In this document: one piece after another, positions 1-8,998 of the stretch
Layout: every line of letters begins with the position of its first letter
Numbering within the stretch: the stretch's first letter is position 1
Source: a virus
Virus genome (UHGV): UHGV-0077431
Direction: 5' to 3' (one strand)
DNA length: 41,329 bases
Notes under the pieces: generated by a model
Told to the model about the DNA's origin: nothing
What the model saw: only the letters and a program-made list of their open reading frames with translations
Databases searched by the model: none
Translations under genes and position numbers: made by a program

Positions 1-27
1 GACTATCACTTATTTAAGTGATATTGG

Positions 28-2442
28 TTGTCTGGAGATTCAGGGGGCCAGTCTAAATTTGGTGTAAGTAGTAATACTGAAATTAAAGGAGGGTATCAGT
101 ACATTGAAATGAATGGTACCGCAGAATACTCAGTATTAAATGACGGTTATCAAATTGTTCAAATGGGTGGCGCGGCAAACCAGACTACCCTCAATAATGG
201 TGTGCTACAGGTTTATGGCGCAGCGAATGATCCCACGATTAAAGGCGGGCGCTTAATCGTTGAAAAAGATGGGATTACCGTCCTTGCCGCTATCGAAAAG
301 GGAGGATTACTGGAGGTTAAAGAGGGGGGATTAGCGATTGCGGTAGATCAGAAAGCAGGCGGTGCTATTAAAGCAAGCACGCGGGTCATGGAGGCATTCG
401 GAACAAACCGTCTCGGTCAGTTCGAAATCAAGAATGGTATTGCTAACAATATGCTGTTGGAAAACGGCGGAAGTTTGCGAGTTGAAGAAAATGACTTCGC
501 TTATAATACTACTGTAGATAGTGGCGGCTTACTGGAGGTTATGGATGGCGGGACTGTAACTGGCGTTGATAAAAAAGCAGGCGGAAAATTAATTGTCTCA
601 ACGAATGTGCTGGAAGTGAGTGGTACAAACAGTAAAGGCCAATTTAGTATAAAAGATGGTGTGTCAAAAAATTATGAACTGGATGATGGTTCCGGGCTCA
701 TTGTTATGGAGGACACGCAGGCCATTGATACTATCCTTGATGAGCATGCCACTATGCAATCGCTGGGAAAGGATACTGGTACGAAAGTGCAGGCAAATGC
801 GGTATATGATCTCGGTCGATCAGACCAGAATGGAAGTATCACGTATTCCTCTAAAGCCATCTCTGAAAATATGGTTATCAACAATGGCCGCGCTAATGTC
901 TGGGCTGGCACAATGGTTAACGTGTCAGTCAGAGGGAATGATGGCATTCTTGAGGTCATGAAGCCGCAAATAAATTATGCACCCGCTATGTTGGTGGGTA
1001 AGGTAGTGGTTTCTGAGGGCGCTTCTTTTAGAACGCATGGTGCCGTGGATACCAGCAAAGCGGACGTTTCGCTCGAAAATAGCGTATGGACCATCATTGC
1101 CGATATCACTACGACGAACCAAAACACCCTCCTCAACTTAGCCAACCTTGCGATGTCTGACGCAAATGTGATTATGATGGATGAGCCAGTGACTCGTTCA
1201 TCAGTGACGGCAAGTGCGGAAAATTTCATTACGTTGACCACCAATACCCTGTCGGGAAACGGCAATTTTTATATGCGTACCGATATGGCTAATCATCAGA
1301 GCGATCAGCTCAACGTCACCGGTCAGGCAACAGGTGATTTCAAAATATTCGTGACGGACACCGGTGCCAGCCCGGCAGCAGGAGATAGCCTTACACTGGT
1401 AACAACGGGCGGCGGTGATGCTGCATTTACGTTGGGCAATGCCGGAGGCGTTGTTGATATCGGTACGTATGAATATACCTTGCTGGATAATGGCAACCAT
1501 AGCTGGAGTCTGGCAGAGAATCGCGCGCAAATTACCCCTTCAACCACTGATGTGCTGAATATGGCGGCCGCACAACCGCTGGTATTTGATGCAGAACTGG
1601 ACACCGTGCGTGAGCGTCTTGGTAGCGTAAAAGGCGTTAGTTACGATACGGCGATGTGGAGTTCGGCAATTAACACCCGCAACAACGTGACCACTGATGC
1701 GGGAGCTGGTTTTGAGCAAACATTGACGGGCCTGACGCTCGGTATCGATAGCCGTTTCTCCCGTGAAGAAAGCAGTACAATTCGCGGCTTGTTCTTTGGT
1801 TACTCTCATTCTGATATTGGTTTTGATCGCGGCGGAAAAGGTAATATCGATAGCTATACCCTGGGGGCTTATGCCGGTTGGGAGCATCAGAACGGTGCCT
1901 ATGTTGATGGGGTGGTGAAAGTTGACCGTTTTGCCAACACCATCCATGGCAAGATGAGTAATGGGGCAACAGCGTTTGGCGATTACAATAGTAACGGCGC
2001 GGGTGCTCATGTTGAGAGCGGGTTCCGTTGGGTTGACGGATTGTGGAGTGTTAGACCCTATCTGGCCTTTACCGGCTTTACCACAGATGGTCAGGACTAC
2101 ACGTTATCAAACGGCATGCGCGCTGATGTGGGAAATACCCGGATATTACGCGCTGAAGTGGGAACGGCGGTAAGCTATCACATGGACCTGCAAAACGGTA
2201 CGACGCTGGAACCCTGGCTGAAAGCCGCCGTGCGTCAGGAATACGCCGATTCTAACCAGGTGAAAGTTAATGACGATGGCAAATTTAATAATGATGTGGC
2301 TGGAACCCGTGGCGTTTATCAGGCTGGGATAAGGTCATCGTTTACCCCGACGTTAAGCGGTCATTTGTCAGTCAGCTATGGCAATGGCGCAGGGGTAGAA
2401 TCGCCGTGGAATACCCAGGCGGGTGTGGTCTGGACGTTCTGA
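28..2442 (+). CDS. Autotransporter adhesin (AIDA-I/Ag43/YejO-like), C-terminal ~800 aa; N-terminal signal peptide region not present in this frame
   Basis: Passenger-type degenerate repeats rich in G/N/T/V; C-terminal beta-barrel-like region ending in aromatic residues (VWTF) before stop at 2440-2442. Frame has a TGA at 19-21 and the track start at 28 is TTG, so the gene is 5'-partial or disrupted. Confidence 0.8.
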   Translation: MSGDSGGQSKFGVSSNTEIKGGYQYIEMNGTAEYSVLNDGYQIVQMGGAANQTTLNNGVLQVYGAANDPTIKGGRLIVEKDGITVLAAIEKGGLLEVKEGGLAIAVDQKAGGAIKASTRVMEAFGTNRLGQFEIKNGIANNMLLENGGSLRVEENDFAYNTTVDSGGLLEVMDGGTVTGVDKKAGGKLIVSTNVLEVSGTNSKGQFSIKDGVSKNYELDDGSGLIVMEDTQAIDTILDEHATMQSLGKDTGTKVQANAVYDLGRSDQNGSITYSSKAISENMVINNGRANVWAGTMVNVSVRGNDGILEVMKPQINYAPAMLVGKVVVSEGASFRTHGAVDTSKADVSLENSVWTIIADITTTNQNTLLNLANLAMSDANVIMMDEPVTRSSVTASAENFITLTTNTLSGNGNFYMRTDMANHQSDQLNVTGQATGDFKIFVTDTGASPAAGDSLTLVTTGGGDAAFTLGNAGGVVDIGTYEYTLLDNGNHSWSLAENRAQITPSTTDVLNMAAAQPLVFDAELDTVRERLGSVKGVSYDTAMWSSAINTRNNVTTDAGAGFEQTLTGLTLGIDSRFSREESSTIRGLFFGYSHSDIGFDRGGKGNIDSYTLGAYAGWEHQNGAYVDGVVKVDRFANTIHGKMSNGATAFGDYNSNGAGAHVESGFRWVDGLWSVRPYLAFTGFTTDGQDYTLSNGMRADVGNTRILRAEVGTAVSYHMDLQNGTTLEPWLKAAVRQEYADSNQVKVNDDGKFNNDVAGTRGVYQAGIRSSFTPTLSGHLSVSYGNGAGVESPWNTQAGVVWTF

Positions 2443-2451
2443 TAACAGAAA

Positions 2452-2485
2452 ATAAACAGGCCGTGATGTGTCGCGGTCTGTTTAT
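2452..2485 (+). terminator. Hairpin downstream of autotransporter stop (about 12 bp stem with one G-U, U-rich 3' side)
   Basis: Inverted repeat ATAAACAGGCCG / CGGTCTGTTTAT immediately 3' of the CDS. Confidence 0.4.
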
Positions 2486-2503
2486 CGAATTAAATGCAGA
2501 TAT

Positions 2504-2534
2504 AAAAAAACCAACCTTTACGGTTGGTTTTCTT
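2504..2534. terminator. Bidirectional intrinsic terminator; on the minus strand it follows the tRNA-Pro 3' end
   Basis: Perfect 10 bp palindrome AAAACCAACC-tttac-GGTTGGTTTT flanked by A-run on one side and T-run on the other. Confidence 0.6.
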
Positions 2535-2543
2535 GGGATTTTT

Positions 2544-2588
2544 GGTCGGCACGAGAGGATTTGAACCTCCGACCCCCGACACCCCATG
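2544..2588 (-). other. 3' 45 nt fragment of a tRNA-Pro gene (anticodon loop to CCA end): att core copy of the prophage (P-core-B' junction)
   Basis: Reverse complement reads CATGGGGTGTCGGGGGTCGGAGGTTCAAATCCTCTCGTGCCGACCA, matching the 3' part of enterobacterial tRNA-Pro(GGG) as I recall it; the 5' half of the tRNA is absent upstream. Confidence 0.75.
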
Positions 2589-2790
2589 TCACTGCGATAA
2601 ATCCGCTGTAACCCTTGTAAATACTGGTGTTGCGACACATTGGACTGTATATGCAAACAGTGCATTTTTTGCAAAATCCGCACTATACACATCAATGGGT
2701 TACAGCTGGTTTTTCCCCATACTTCTTCACACGACCTACGTCTCAATCAACACGAGACTGAAGATTCGTAAACGAATCGACATGAAAGAA

Positions 2791-2810
2791 ATCAACAAAA
2801 TTCTGTTGAT
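2791..2810. promoter_or_regulatory. Inverted repeat ATCAACA-n6-TGTTGAT upstream of the HTH gene (candidate operator)
   Basis: Perfect 7 bp arms; an extra ATCAACA copy at 2747-2753. Confidence 0.3.
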
Positions 2811-2885
2811 TTTCTGTCGGGAGCGTGTTAACTTAAAATGAGACCCAAGAGTAATGGGGGTCTTGGACACACTGGAGATACAACT

Positions 2886-3245
2886 ATGTTAACGCCGTTT
2901 GGTAAGACAGTAAGAAAAATGCGCATAGACCTGGGGCTTACGCTTAAAAGCATGGCTGAGGCTATGGGTATGACCTCGTCTTATCTTTCAGCAATCGAAA
3001 CTGGTAAAAGGGCGGTCACTAAACCCGTGCTTGATAGCATCATTGGCTATCTGAATGCGGATGAAAAACAAAAAGAAAAGCTTATCAGTGCAGCTCGTGA
3101 CTCTCAGCAATCAGTAGAGATCAGCTTGTCAGGTAAGAACGACCATGCTCGTGAAGTCGCAATTGCGTTCGCTCGTAGTTTTGATGAGTTAAATGAAGAA
3201 GACTTCCGGAATTTACGACAGATTTTGAATCGAAAACAGCAGTAG
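2886..3245 (+). CDS. XRE-family helix-turn-helix transcriptional regulator
   Basis: HTH signature (LGLTLKSMAEAMGMTSSYLSAIETGKR); ATG at 2886 has GGAG 9 nt upstream (track ORF starts at 2838). Confidence 0.7.
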   Translation: MLTPFGKTVRKMRIDLGLTLKSMAEAMGMTSSYLSAIETGKRAVTKPVLDSIIGYLNADEKQKEKLISAARDSQQSVEISLSGKNDHAREVAIAFARSFDELNEEDFRNLRQILNRKQQ

Positions 3246-3253
3246 GAGGCATT

Positions 3254-3775
3254 TTGAGCGGACAAGATTATCGTGTACCCCCGCAGAACCGCGAATCAAT
3301 ACGTTCTATCGTCAGATCTCTGCGGAGCACCTTCGGTATTACAGGTCTGATGTTTCCTGTTATGGAGGTGATCGAGTTCGCATTGCCTCAGTTGATCCCA
3401 GATTTTGAACTCCATATCGGTGGGATGAAGGAAATGGGGGAGACGCACGGTCTCACCTACCCACAGGAACATTTATTGATTCTTCGTGAAGACATTTACG
3501 AGGGTGCTTTGAATGGGGTAGGGCGTGACAGGATGACTGCCGCACATGAACTGGGTCATCTTCTCATGCACAGGAACATTGCTTTCGCGCGTTCTGCTCC
3601 AGGGGTAAAAATCCGCCCTTTTGAGAGTAGTGAGTGGCAAGCCAAATGTTTCAGTGGTGAGCTATTAGTACCAGCTATTCATGCCAATGTTCTGAAAGGT
3701 ATGAGTGCTGAAAATGTAGCTGAGGCATGCGGAGTATCATTAGTGGCCGCACGATATCAGTTAGACAAAATGTAA
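3254..3775 (+). CDS. ImmA/IrrE-family (M78) zinc metallopeptidase
   Basis: HEXXH motif (AAHELGHLLMH); AGGAGG 4-5 nt upstream of a TTG start at 3254, directly after the HTH stop. Confidence 0.7.
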   Translation: MSGQDYRVPPQNRESIRSIVRSLRSTFGITGLMFPVMEVIEFALPQLIPDFELHIGGMKEMGETHGLTYPQEHLLILREDIYEGALNGVGRDRMTAAHELGHLLMHRNIAFARSAPGVKIRPFESSEWQAKCFSGELLVPAIHANVLKGMSAENVAEACGVSLVAARYQLDKM

Positions 3776-3933
3776 AAACCCCCTGCTTGGCGCCAACCAA
3801 TGCAAGGGGTCTTAAGGTGATGAATCCGAGAGGCGTCACCACCGTGAACAGCTTCAATAGACAGCCTGAAACTAACACCTTCAGGGAAGATGTTCAAGGG
3901 AAAAATCTCTCTTGGTAAGGAGGTGTTACATGA

Positions 3934-4083
3934 ATGAGTTTGAAATCTATCGCTTCGAAAGCGGCACCAAAAGGGTTCCGTTGGGTTTTCTGCCGTTACC
4001 GCAAGGTACGTGGGAAATCCGCAAAAGTCCTTGATGCTCATGATTATGGGTATGAGGCGTGGGCGTTCTTAGTTCGTTGCTAA
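3934..4083 (+). CDS. Small basic hypothetical protein (49 aa); alternative reading 3930..4034 (34 aa)
   Basis: Consensus SD AAGGAGGT at 3917-3924 followed by two ATGs in different frames; not in ORF track (under 60 aa). Confidence 0.3.
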   Translation: MSLKSIASKAAPKGFRWVFCRYRKVRGKSAKVLDAHDYGYEAWAFLVRC

Positions 4084-4130
4084 GAGAACCACTTAAGGCA
4101 CCTTCGGGTGTCTTATTCAAGACTTTATTC

Positions 4131-4155
4131 AAGGCACCATCAGGTGCCTTTTTCT
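4131..4155 (+). terminator. Intrinsic terminator (AAGGCACC-atca-GGTGCCTT + T-run); weaker related hairpin at 4094-4113
   Basis: Perfect 8 bp stem with T tract on plus strand, abutting the int stop codon. Confidence 0.6.
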
Positions 4156-5335
4156 ATGCCATTTTTATTTCTGCATGCGGTACTTCAACCCATTCAACAT
4201 GATTCTGGGTATAAATTTTTGTCGATTTTGCATCACTATGGGCCATCCTTGCCTGCGGATCGATACCTTGTCTTTCGAAAATATGAGCCGCCAGCGCTCT
4301 AATCTCGTGGAAAGTTGGCCTTTCTTTGATAGGTAATTCTGCCGCTACACCTATCCGGTCCCGCAGCTCTGAAAATGCCCTGCTCAAATAGTCAGGGGCC
4401 ACCTGTGTTGGGTGGTTAACTTCCTTGCTTATCGGATTGCTTCTCTTTTCCAGAAGCCGGTGAACAACATAAGGACTGGCCACATTGTCTCTGCTGTTGT
4501 CGATGATCTCTTTCAGGGCCCTGCCGATCGGAATAGCGACGTGTGAAGCCTCTTTGTGCTGCACTTTTTGCCGGTGAATGTAAAGCGTTCCGAATATGCC
4601 AGCCTCCTCCTGATCGAACCATACACAGCCGCAAACCCCTTCTTGAGGTTCCTTGATCGAGTACCGGATCCGGGAAACTTCCAGGCGCGCTTGCGTAGTT
4701 TGTATGGCAAGGTCCATTGCAGTCTTCAGCCAAGGTTCAGCAGCTGCATGTATGGCCAAGAACTGTTCCAAAGTGAGTCGCCGGCGGACCTTTTTATCGA
4801 CACGCCGCATTTTTTTCCGTGTTGCAGGGTTATCCATCATTAGCGATTCATCAACAGCATAAGAGAATAGCTTTTTCAGGAAGCTAACTTTTCGGTTCTG
4901 AACATTGGCCGACGATTCAGAATGGTAATTTCGTATGTAGGCATTTACGTGCTCAAGCTCAATATCGCATGCGGGTATGTTATTAAAAAATTCTTTAACC
5001 CTGATGGCATCATTATTCCAATCGTCAAGTGTGCTTTTAGACGGCTGCTCATCTTTGATCGCTCTCTCCATAATGCGATCAACATGTTCAGAAAACGGGT
5101 GGGCTTCACCATTCAGCCCTCCCGATTCCCGAATTAATGAATCTATCGATGGTGTATTTTCAGGGCGCATCCTCAGGTTATATTCTCGGGCGATGGCGAT
5201 AGCCATTACTCGATCCGAACCGAGAGTTTTCTTTTTCCCAGTTATAAGCGTGAACTTATACACGCCACGATCTTTATCAAAAAAAAGATAATCAGGAAGG
5301 TGGCGGTATTCTTTTTTTCGTGGCCTTGCTGCCAT
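4154..5335 (-). CDS. int: Tyrosine integrase (lambda Int family)
   Basis: C-terminal catalytic region with H-x-x-R (FHEIRALAAH) and Y (KIYTQ); ATG at 5335 has GAGGG 6 nt upstream (track start at 5341 is TTG). Confidence 0.9.
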   Translation of the reverse strand: MAARPRKKEYRHLPDYLFFDKDRGVYKFTLITGKKKTLGSDRVMAIAIAREYNLRMRPENTPSIDSLIRESGGLNGEAHPFSEHVDRIMERAIKDEQPSKSTLDDWNNDAIRVKEFFNNIPACDIELEHVNAYIRNYHSESSANVQNRKVSFLKKLFSYAVDESLMMDNPATRKKMRRVDKKVRRRLTLEQFLAIHAAAEPWLKTAMDLAIQTTQARLEVSRIRYSIKEPQEGVCGCVWFDQEEAGIFGTLYIHRQKVQHKEASHVAIPIGRALKEIIDNSRDNVASPYVVHRLLEKRSNPISKEVNHPTQVAPDYLSRAFSELRDRIGVAAELPIKERPTFHEIRALAAHIFERQGIDPQARMAHSDAKSTKIYTQNHVEWVEVPHAEIKMA

Positions 5336-5337
5336 GG

Positions 5338-5547
5338 TCAACCCTCAATTATTAACTGACGTACCGCCTGATTAACAATTGAGTCAACTCCCCACTTTTC
5401 GGTTTCATAGACAAAAACTGAACCATCTACAATCCTTCCCATGAGTAATCCGTTTTCGACCCAACGTTTAATTGTACGGTTGTCAGGAATGGAGTCTTTG
5501 GTAAATTCGCGCTTACTCCAGAGACTCGCTTTCATTAGCTTTGCCAT
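5338..5547 (-). CDS. xis: Excisionase (lambda Xis-like)
   Basis: Motifs RTIKRWVENG and DGSVFVYETEKW resemble lambda Xis; ATG at 5547 has AAGGA 4 nt upstream; stop adjoins int start. Confidence 0.7.
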   Translation of the reverse strand: MAKLMKASLWSKREFTKDSIPDNRTIKRWVENGLLMGRIVDGSVFVYETEKWGVDSIVNQAVRQLIIEG

Positions 5548-5591
5548 GGTTTCCTTCTCCATAAAGCCCGGCTGCACCCGGGCTGAGTGGT

Positions 5592-6164
5592 TTACTCGTT
5601 GGTGCTGGTGGCAGGGATAATTTTCTGCCAAATTGCTGACACATATTTTGCCTGATGGCGCGCATCAGCCAGGGCGTTATGAACATCGCCAATGAAAGGC
5701 ATGTCACGCTTCGGATCGAAACCAACACTGCGACCGAGGGTAACAATCGTGCGTACATCATGATCGTTCCAAAATTCCCACGGGCAAATGCGTCCGGCGC
5801 GTTCGTAAGCTCCGCGCAGAATCACATTGTCAAAGGTGGCCCCGTTACCCCAGACCTTCATGTATTTGAGATTATATGCATGCCGGTGAATGAAATGGCT
5901 AAGTTCCGACAGTGCATCAGTGATAGGCATCGCATCATCAACGCAAATAGCTGAGCGCGCCTCAGGGCTTTGTTTTAGCCACCAAAGAATTGTATCTCCA
6001 TCCGGTACCGCGCCTTGAGCCATTGCGCTTTCAAGCGAGACGGCCGTGTAGAATTCTTGGCCAAGTTCACCTGTTTGAGGGTTAAAAAAGACGGCACCAA
6101 TTGAGACGATCGGCGCGTTTGGCTTTTTCCCCATTGATTCGAGGTCAATCATTAAATCGTTCAT
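5592..6164 (-). CDS. DEDDh 3'-5' exonuclease (DnaQ-like fold, prophage type)
   Basis: Acidic motifs (MIDLESMG, WGNGATFDN, HNALADARH) typical of DEDDh exonucleases. Confidence 0.7.
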   Translation of the reverse strand: MNDLMIDLESMGKKPNAPIVSIGAVFFNPQTGELGQEFYTAVSLESAMAQGAVPDGDTILWWLKQSPEARSAICVDDAMPITDALSELSHFIHRHAYNLKYMKVWGNGATFDNVILRGAYERAGRICPWEFWNDHDVRTIVTLGRSVGFDPKRDMPFIGDVHNALADARHQAKYVSAIWQKIIPATSTNE

Positions 6165-6166
6165 CG

Positions 6167-6343
6167 TTAGCTCTCAAATTTCCATGAATGGTTTATTACT
6201 TCAGTGGCATCGCCACGGCAGGGGTTATCTAATTTTTGTCCACCACACTGCCCGTACTCGACGTCTACCCAATCTGATATGTCGCTATCGGTAGCGTGAT
6301 CCGGAACATCAATTTCGATGGTTATGATGATTGTCTTAGGCAT
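6167..6343 (-). CDS. Small acidic hypothetical protein (58 aa)
   Basis: ATG overlaps the stop of the upstream gene (TGATG); not in ORF track. Confidence 0.45.
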   Translation of the reverse strand: MPKTIIITIEIDVPDHATDSDISDWVDVEYGQCGGQKLDNPCRGDATEVINHSWKFES

Positions 6344-6582
6344 CAGGCCTCATCCTCTTTATGGAAATTTACCCATTCAGTGTCCTCAGGTATTCCAGGG
6401 GATAGTAAAGGGTTTGTTGCAGCCAGCATTTCACCGGCTGCACCACTCCGCTGGATTCGGCGAAGCACTTCATAAATCTCGAACATCTCTATTCGTTCAT
6501 CGCCTATGTCCAGCTCACAGGCCAACTTATGGCATTCACCGGCCAGCACCGCTACCTTCTGGAGGAATTCTGATTTAGTCAC
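6343..6582 (-). CDS. Hypothetical protein (79 aa)
   Basis: GTG start at 6582 preceded by AGGAGG at spacing 6 and overlapping the upstream stop (GTGA); track ORF extends to 6687. Confidence 0.5.
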   Translation of the reverse strand: MTKSEFLQKVAVLAGECHKLACELDIGDERIEMFEIYEVLRRIQRSGAAGEMLAATNPLLSPGIPEDTEWVNFHKEDEA

Positions 6583-7007
6583 AGCTTCACCTCCTGTTGT
6601 GGTGCTGCTGAGATCATCGCTGCCCAGCATAACTTGGCCCGATGCGCCGCTTGTTCGCAGCCACTCATTTTCTGATACGCCTCCCACACTTCAGATTTAC
6701 TGAAGAATTCGTCTGGCTCCGACTCGAAGCCTTCGATAACCATCTTCTCCGTCGGCACAATCGGTACCAGTTTCCAACCATCCGGAATCACCGGAGAGTT
6801 GCTGCAGCGCGAATCGGCATTTGAGGGCAAAGAATCTAATGCTGACGCGGGCTGCATGGTGCAGCGCGACTCGGTGTTTTCGGCACCCAGATGCATGGCG
6901 GTGCGGCAGGCGTTCCAGATTTTCTGTGCCAAAAATTTATCCCCGATGTTATGCGCCAGAAGACTGACAATCTGACCAGCCAGACCTTTTGGCATTTCTT
7001 CTGGCAC
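6579..7007 (-). CDS. Hypothetical protein
   Basis: ORF in coupled leftward operon; start is GTG at 7007 or ATG at 6995. Confidence 0.5.
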   Translation of the reverse strand: MPEEMPKGLAGQIVSLLAHNIGDKFLAQKIWNACRTAMHLGAENTESRCTMQPASALDSLPSNADSRCSNSPVIPDGWKLVPIVPTEKMVIEGFESEPDEFFSKSEVWEAYQKMSGCEQAAHRAKLCWAAMISAAPQQEVKL

Positions 7008-7276
7008 TACCGGCGTTGGCGGTGCGGATCAGCAAATTTATTGGCCTCACCACCAATAGCAAACAGATAGCCGCTGCCTCCATTCTTTACATCACGCAAT
7101 TCATCCGCATCAGTCCACGCCACAGGCTCCACTTCAAGTGACGCCAGCACACGCTTAGCCAGACAGCATTTCTCTTCGTCACCGTATGGATTGTCCGCTA
7201 TTTCTTTGAGGCGGCCAGTGCTTATATCGCCGCCGTCAGCGCGAAAAGGTTTAGGTGTTGATGGGCAGTTAGTCAT
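7007..7276 (-). CDS. Hypothetical protein
   Basis: ATG start overlaps upstream stop (ATGACTAA). Confidence 0.5.
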   Translation of the reverse strand: MTNCPSTPKPFRADGGDISTGRLKEIADNPYGDEEKCCLAKRVLASLEVEPVAWTDADELRDVKNGGSGYLFAIGGEANKFADPHRQRR

Positions 7277-7625
7277 TCCAGGCCTCCAGCTCGTTCTGAA
7301 TCTCTTCGTCTATTTCGTCGTTGCTGGCCTCTTCATTGAGGTAGCTCAGTGCTTCTTTCCTGTACTGCTCACGACGGCTGCTGTCGTACCAAACTGAGAA
7401 TTCTGGAGACCAGCCACGGTCATCGCCGTTTTCAGCAAAAAAATCATGCATTGCGTTGTTATAGGCCAGGCTCTCTACCATGCATTCAGCAGTTGTCAGG
7501 GCGCATTCACGGATATAGCCGCGGAGATCGCGCTTATTCCACCACGGACTCACCTTCGAATCACAAAGGCCTTTGAACTCAACTTCCCAGCGGCGGATAC
7601 AGCGTGCATTTAATGATTTGCTCAT
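7269..7625 (-). CDS. Hypothetical protein with acidic C-terminus
   Basis: ATGA start/stop overlap with neighbour. Confidence 0.55.
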   Translation of the reverse strand: MSKSLNARCIRRWEVEFKGLCDSKVSPWWNKRDLRGYIRECALTTAECMVESLAYNNAMHDFFAENGDDRGWSPEFSVWYDSSRREQYRKEALSYLNEEASNDEIDEEIQNELEAWND

Positions 7626-7939
7626 GCTGCACCGCCTTCAACGTTACGTAACCAGATGCATACCGCGCCATCTTCGGTGTTGTGAATTGAACCGACAAAC
7701 CAACCTTCACCGGCTGGCGATTCTGGCTGCCAGGCTGAAATATCGTAACCATCAACTTCAGGATCGATGTCTTCTTCATCCCGGTAAACTACCGTCCATT
7801 CGAGGCCGTTTTTATCCAGCCAGGCGTTGAACTCATCAGGTGAGATAAATTCACGACCATCGCAAAATTGCTCATAGACGGGGTGAGTCCAGTAGCCGTA
7901 TTGGTCGCGTTCTACTGGTAATGCCGTAAATTTGCTCAT
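7622..7939 (-). CDS. Hypothetical protein
   Basis: ATGA start/stop overlap on both sides. Confidence 0.55.
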   Translation of the reverse strand: MSKFTALPVERDQYGYWTHPVYEQFCDGREFISPDEFNAWLDKNGLEWTVVYRDEEDIDPEVDGYDISAWQPESPAGEGWFVGSIHNTEDGAVCIWLRNVEGGAA

Positions 7940-8190
7940 TGGGCTGCTCCTTTGCGGACGTTTCGCAGAAGCTGGTTAAATATCAGCGTTAAGTTATTGC
8001 TGCATCCAAACGGCAGATCATTGACGCGGTATGTCGGTATCCCACCGCGTGCGCCAGACTTAACAATTCTCCCTGTTGCATAAAGCTGAGATAGTGCGCT
8101 GGCTACGGCTGGCGTCTTTTTACCCATCGCCCTTGCGATTTCACCGCTGGTGGCGTTCGGGTGGCCCTGGAGATATTCAAATACGGTCAT
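7936..8190 (-). CDS. Small winged-helix DNA-binding protein
   Basis: HTH-like segment TSGEIARAMGKKTPAVASALSQL. Confidence 0.5.
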   Translation of the reverse strand: MTVFEYLQGHPNATSGEIARAMGKKTPAVASALSQLYATGRIVKSGARGGIPTYRVNDLPFGCSNNLTLIFNQLLRNVRKGAAQ

Positions 8191-8354
8191 TGCGTTTTAC
8201 CTTTACGTTCCTGTTCCAGTTGCGCCAATGATTCGGTTAATGCTGCGAACGTAGCTTCAAGCCTGGTAGCGACTTCGCGCATAAGCGATGCATGCTTTGG
8301 TGGCAATTCAGCCACGGAGGCAAACGCCTCCGCCACGAGTTCTTTTACCTTCAT
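8187..8354 (-). CDS. Small hypothetical protein (55 aa)
   Basis: ATGA overlaps at both ends; not in ORF track. Confidence 0.4.
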   Translation of the reverse strand: MKVKELVAEAFASVAELPPKHASLMREVATRLEATFAALTESLAQLEQERKGKTQ

Positions 8355-8890
8355 GCGGCGCATTGACGCTGCTCCATCAACTCATTAAAGCGATTTATGA
8401 ACATGCCGTATGACTGGCCTGGACGAACTGGATTGATGATGAATAGGTCCGTCGGGACAACGCCATCGAGGCATGGCCACACGGAACCTTCGTCAATCTC
8501 AAAATCGCGGCGTTCGCTGGCGAGCATCACCAGATCGGCATATTTCACTGTTGGGTGTTGCTCCGTCGGTAGGCCAAATTTCTGGCGAATAGCAGCGTCT
8601 ACGCGAGCTTCGATCACCTGGTAATCCGGTAACAGGCGCTTAAGCGGTGAGGGAATATCTTGCAGGTAGGCTTCGGCGGCATCATGAAGCAGTGCTTCTA
8701 AGGCAAACTCCTGCGGAACGAGATGGCTGGTTAAAACGCTATGCTGGCCGACGCTGTAAAACTCAGGAAGATGCCCAGCAAAACGGCAGATATGAGACAG
8801 CGCAGTAGCAATATCCTCGATGACGATATCGTCCTGTTGGATATCGAGGTAATTAAAGTGTTTGCCGGATAATGTCTGAATGTAGCTCAT
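8351..8890 (-). CDS. HD-domain phosphohydrolase-like protein
   Basis: H...HD...D pattern (SHICRFAGH, LLHDAAEAYLQD); ATG at 8890 has GGAG 7 nt upstream (track start 8917). Confidence 0.6.
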   Translation of the reverse strand: MSYIQTLSGKHFNYLDIQQDDIVIEDIATALSHICRFAGHLPEFYSVGQHSVLTSHLVPQEFALEALLHDAAEAYLQDIPSPLKRLLPDYQVIEARVDAAIRQKFGLPTEQHPTVKYADLVMLASERRDFEIDEGSVWPCLDGVVPTDLFIINPVRPGQSYGMFINRFNELMEQRQCAA

Positions 8891-8998
8891 GGTTTTCTCC
8901 ATATTGGCGCGCTGCACCGCGCCATTAAATTAATGAATTGCTGAATTTAGCGTGCAGCAACCCAACCCATGCTTATGGGGGTAATTGTTGCCTGGTGT

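Noticed and set aside
2372-2841. Track ORFs 2524..2841 (+) and 2372..2746 (-) spanning the tRNA fragment and terminator
   Set aside because: They run through a tRNA-derived segment and a terminator palindrome in an AT-rich intergenic region and have no SD; judged spurious.
3776-3930. Palindromic element after the peptidase gene (contains TTGGCGCCAA) as an intrinsic terminator
   Set aside because: No U tract follows on either strand; more likely a protein-binding palindrome, so it is mentioned only within the cargo finding.
4416-5137. Multiple track ORFs inside and antisense to int
   Set aside because: Nested within the well-supported integrase gene in other frames or strands; no independent support.
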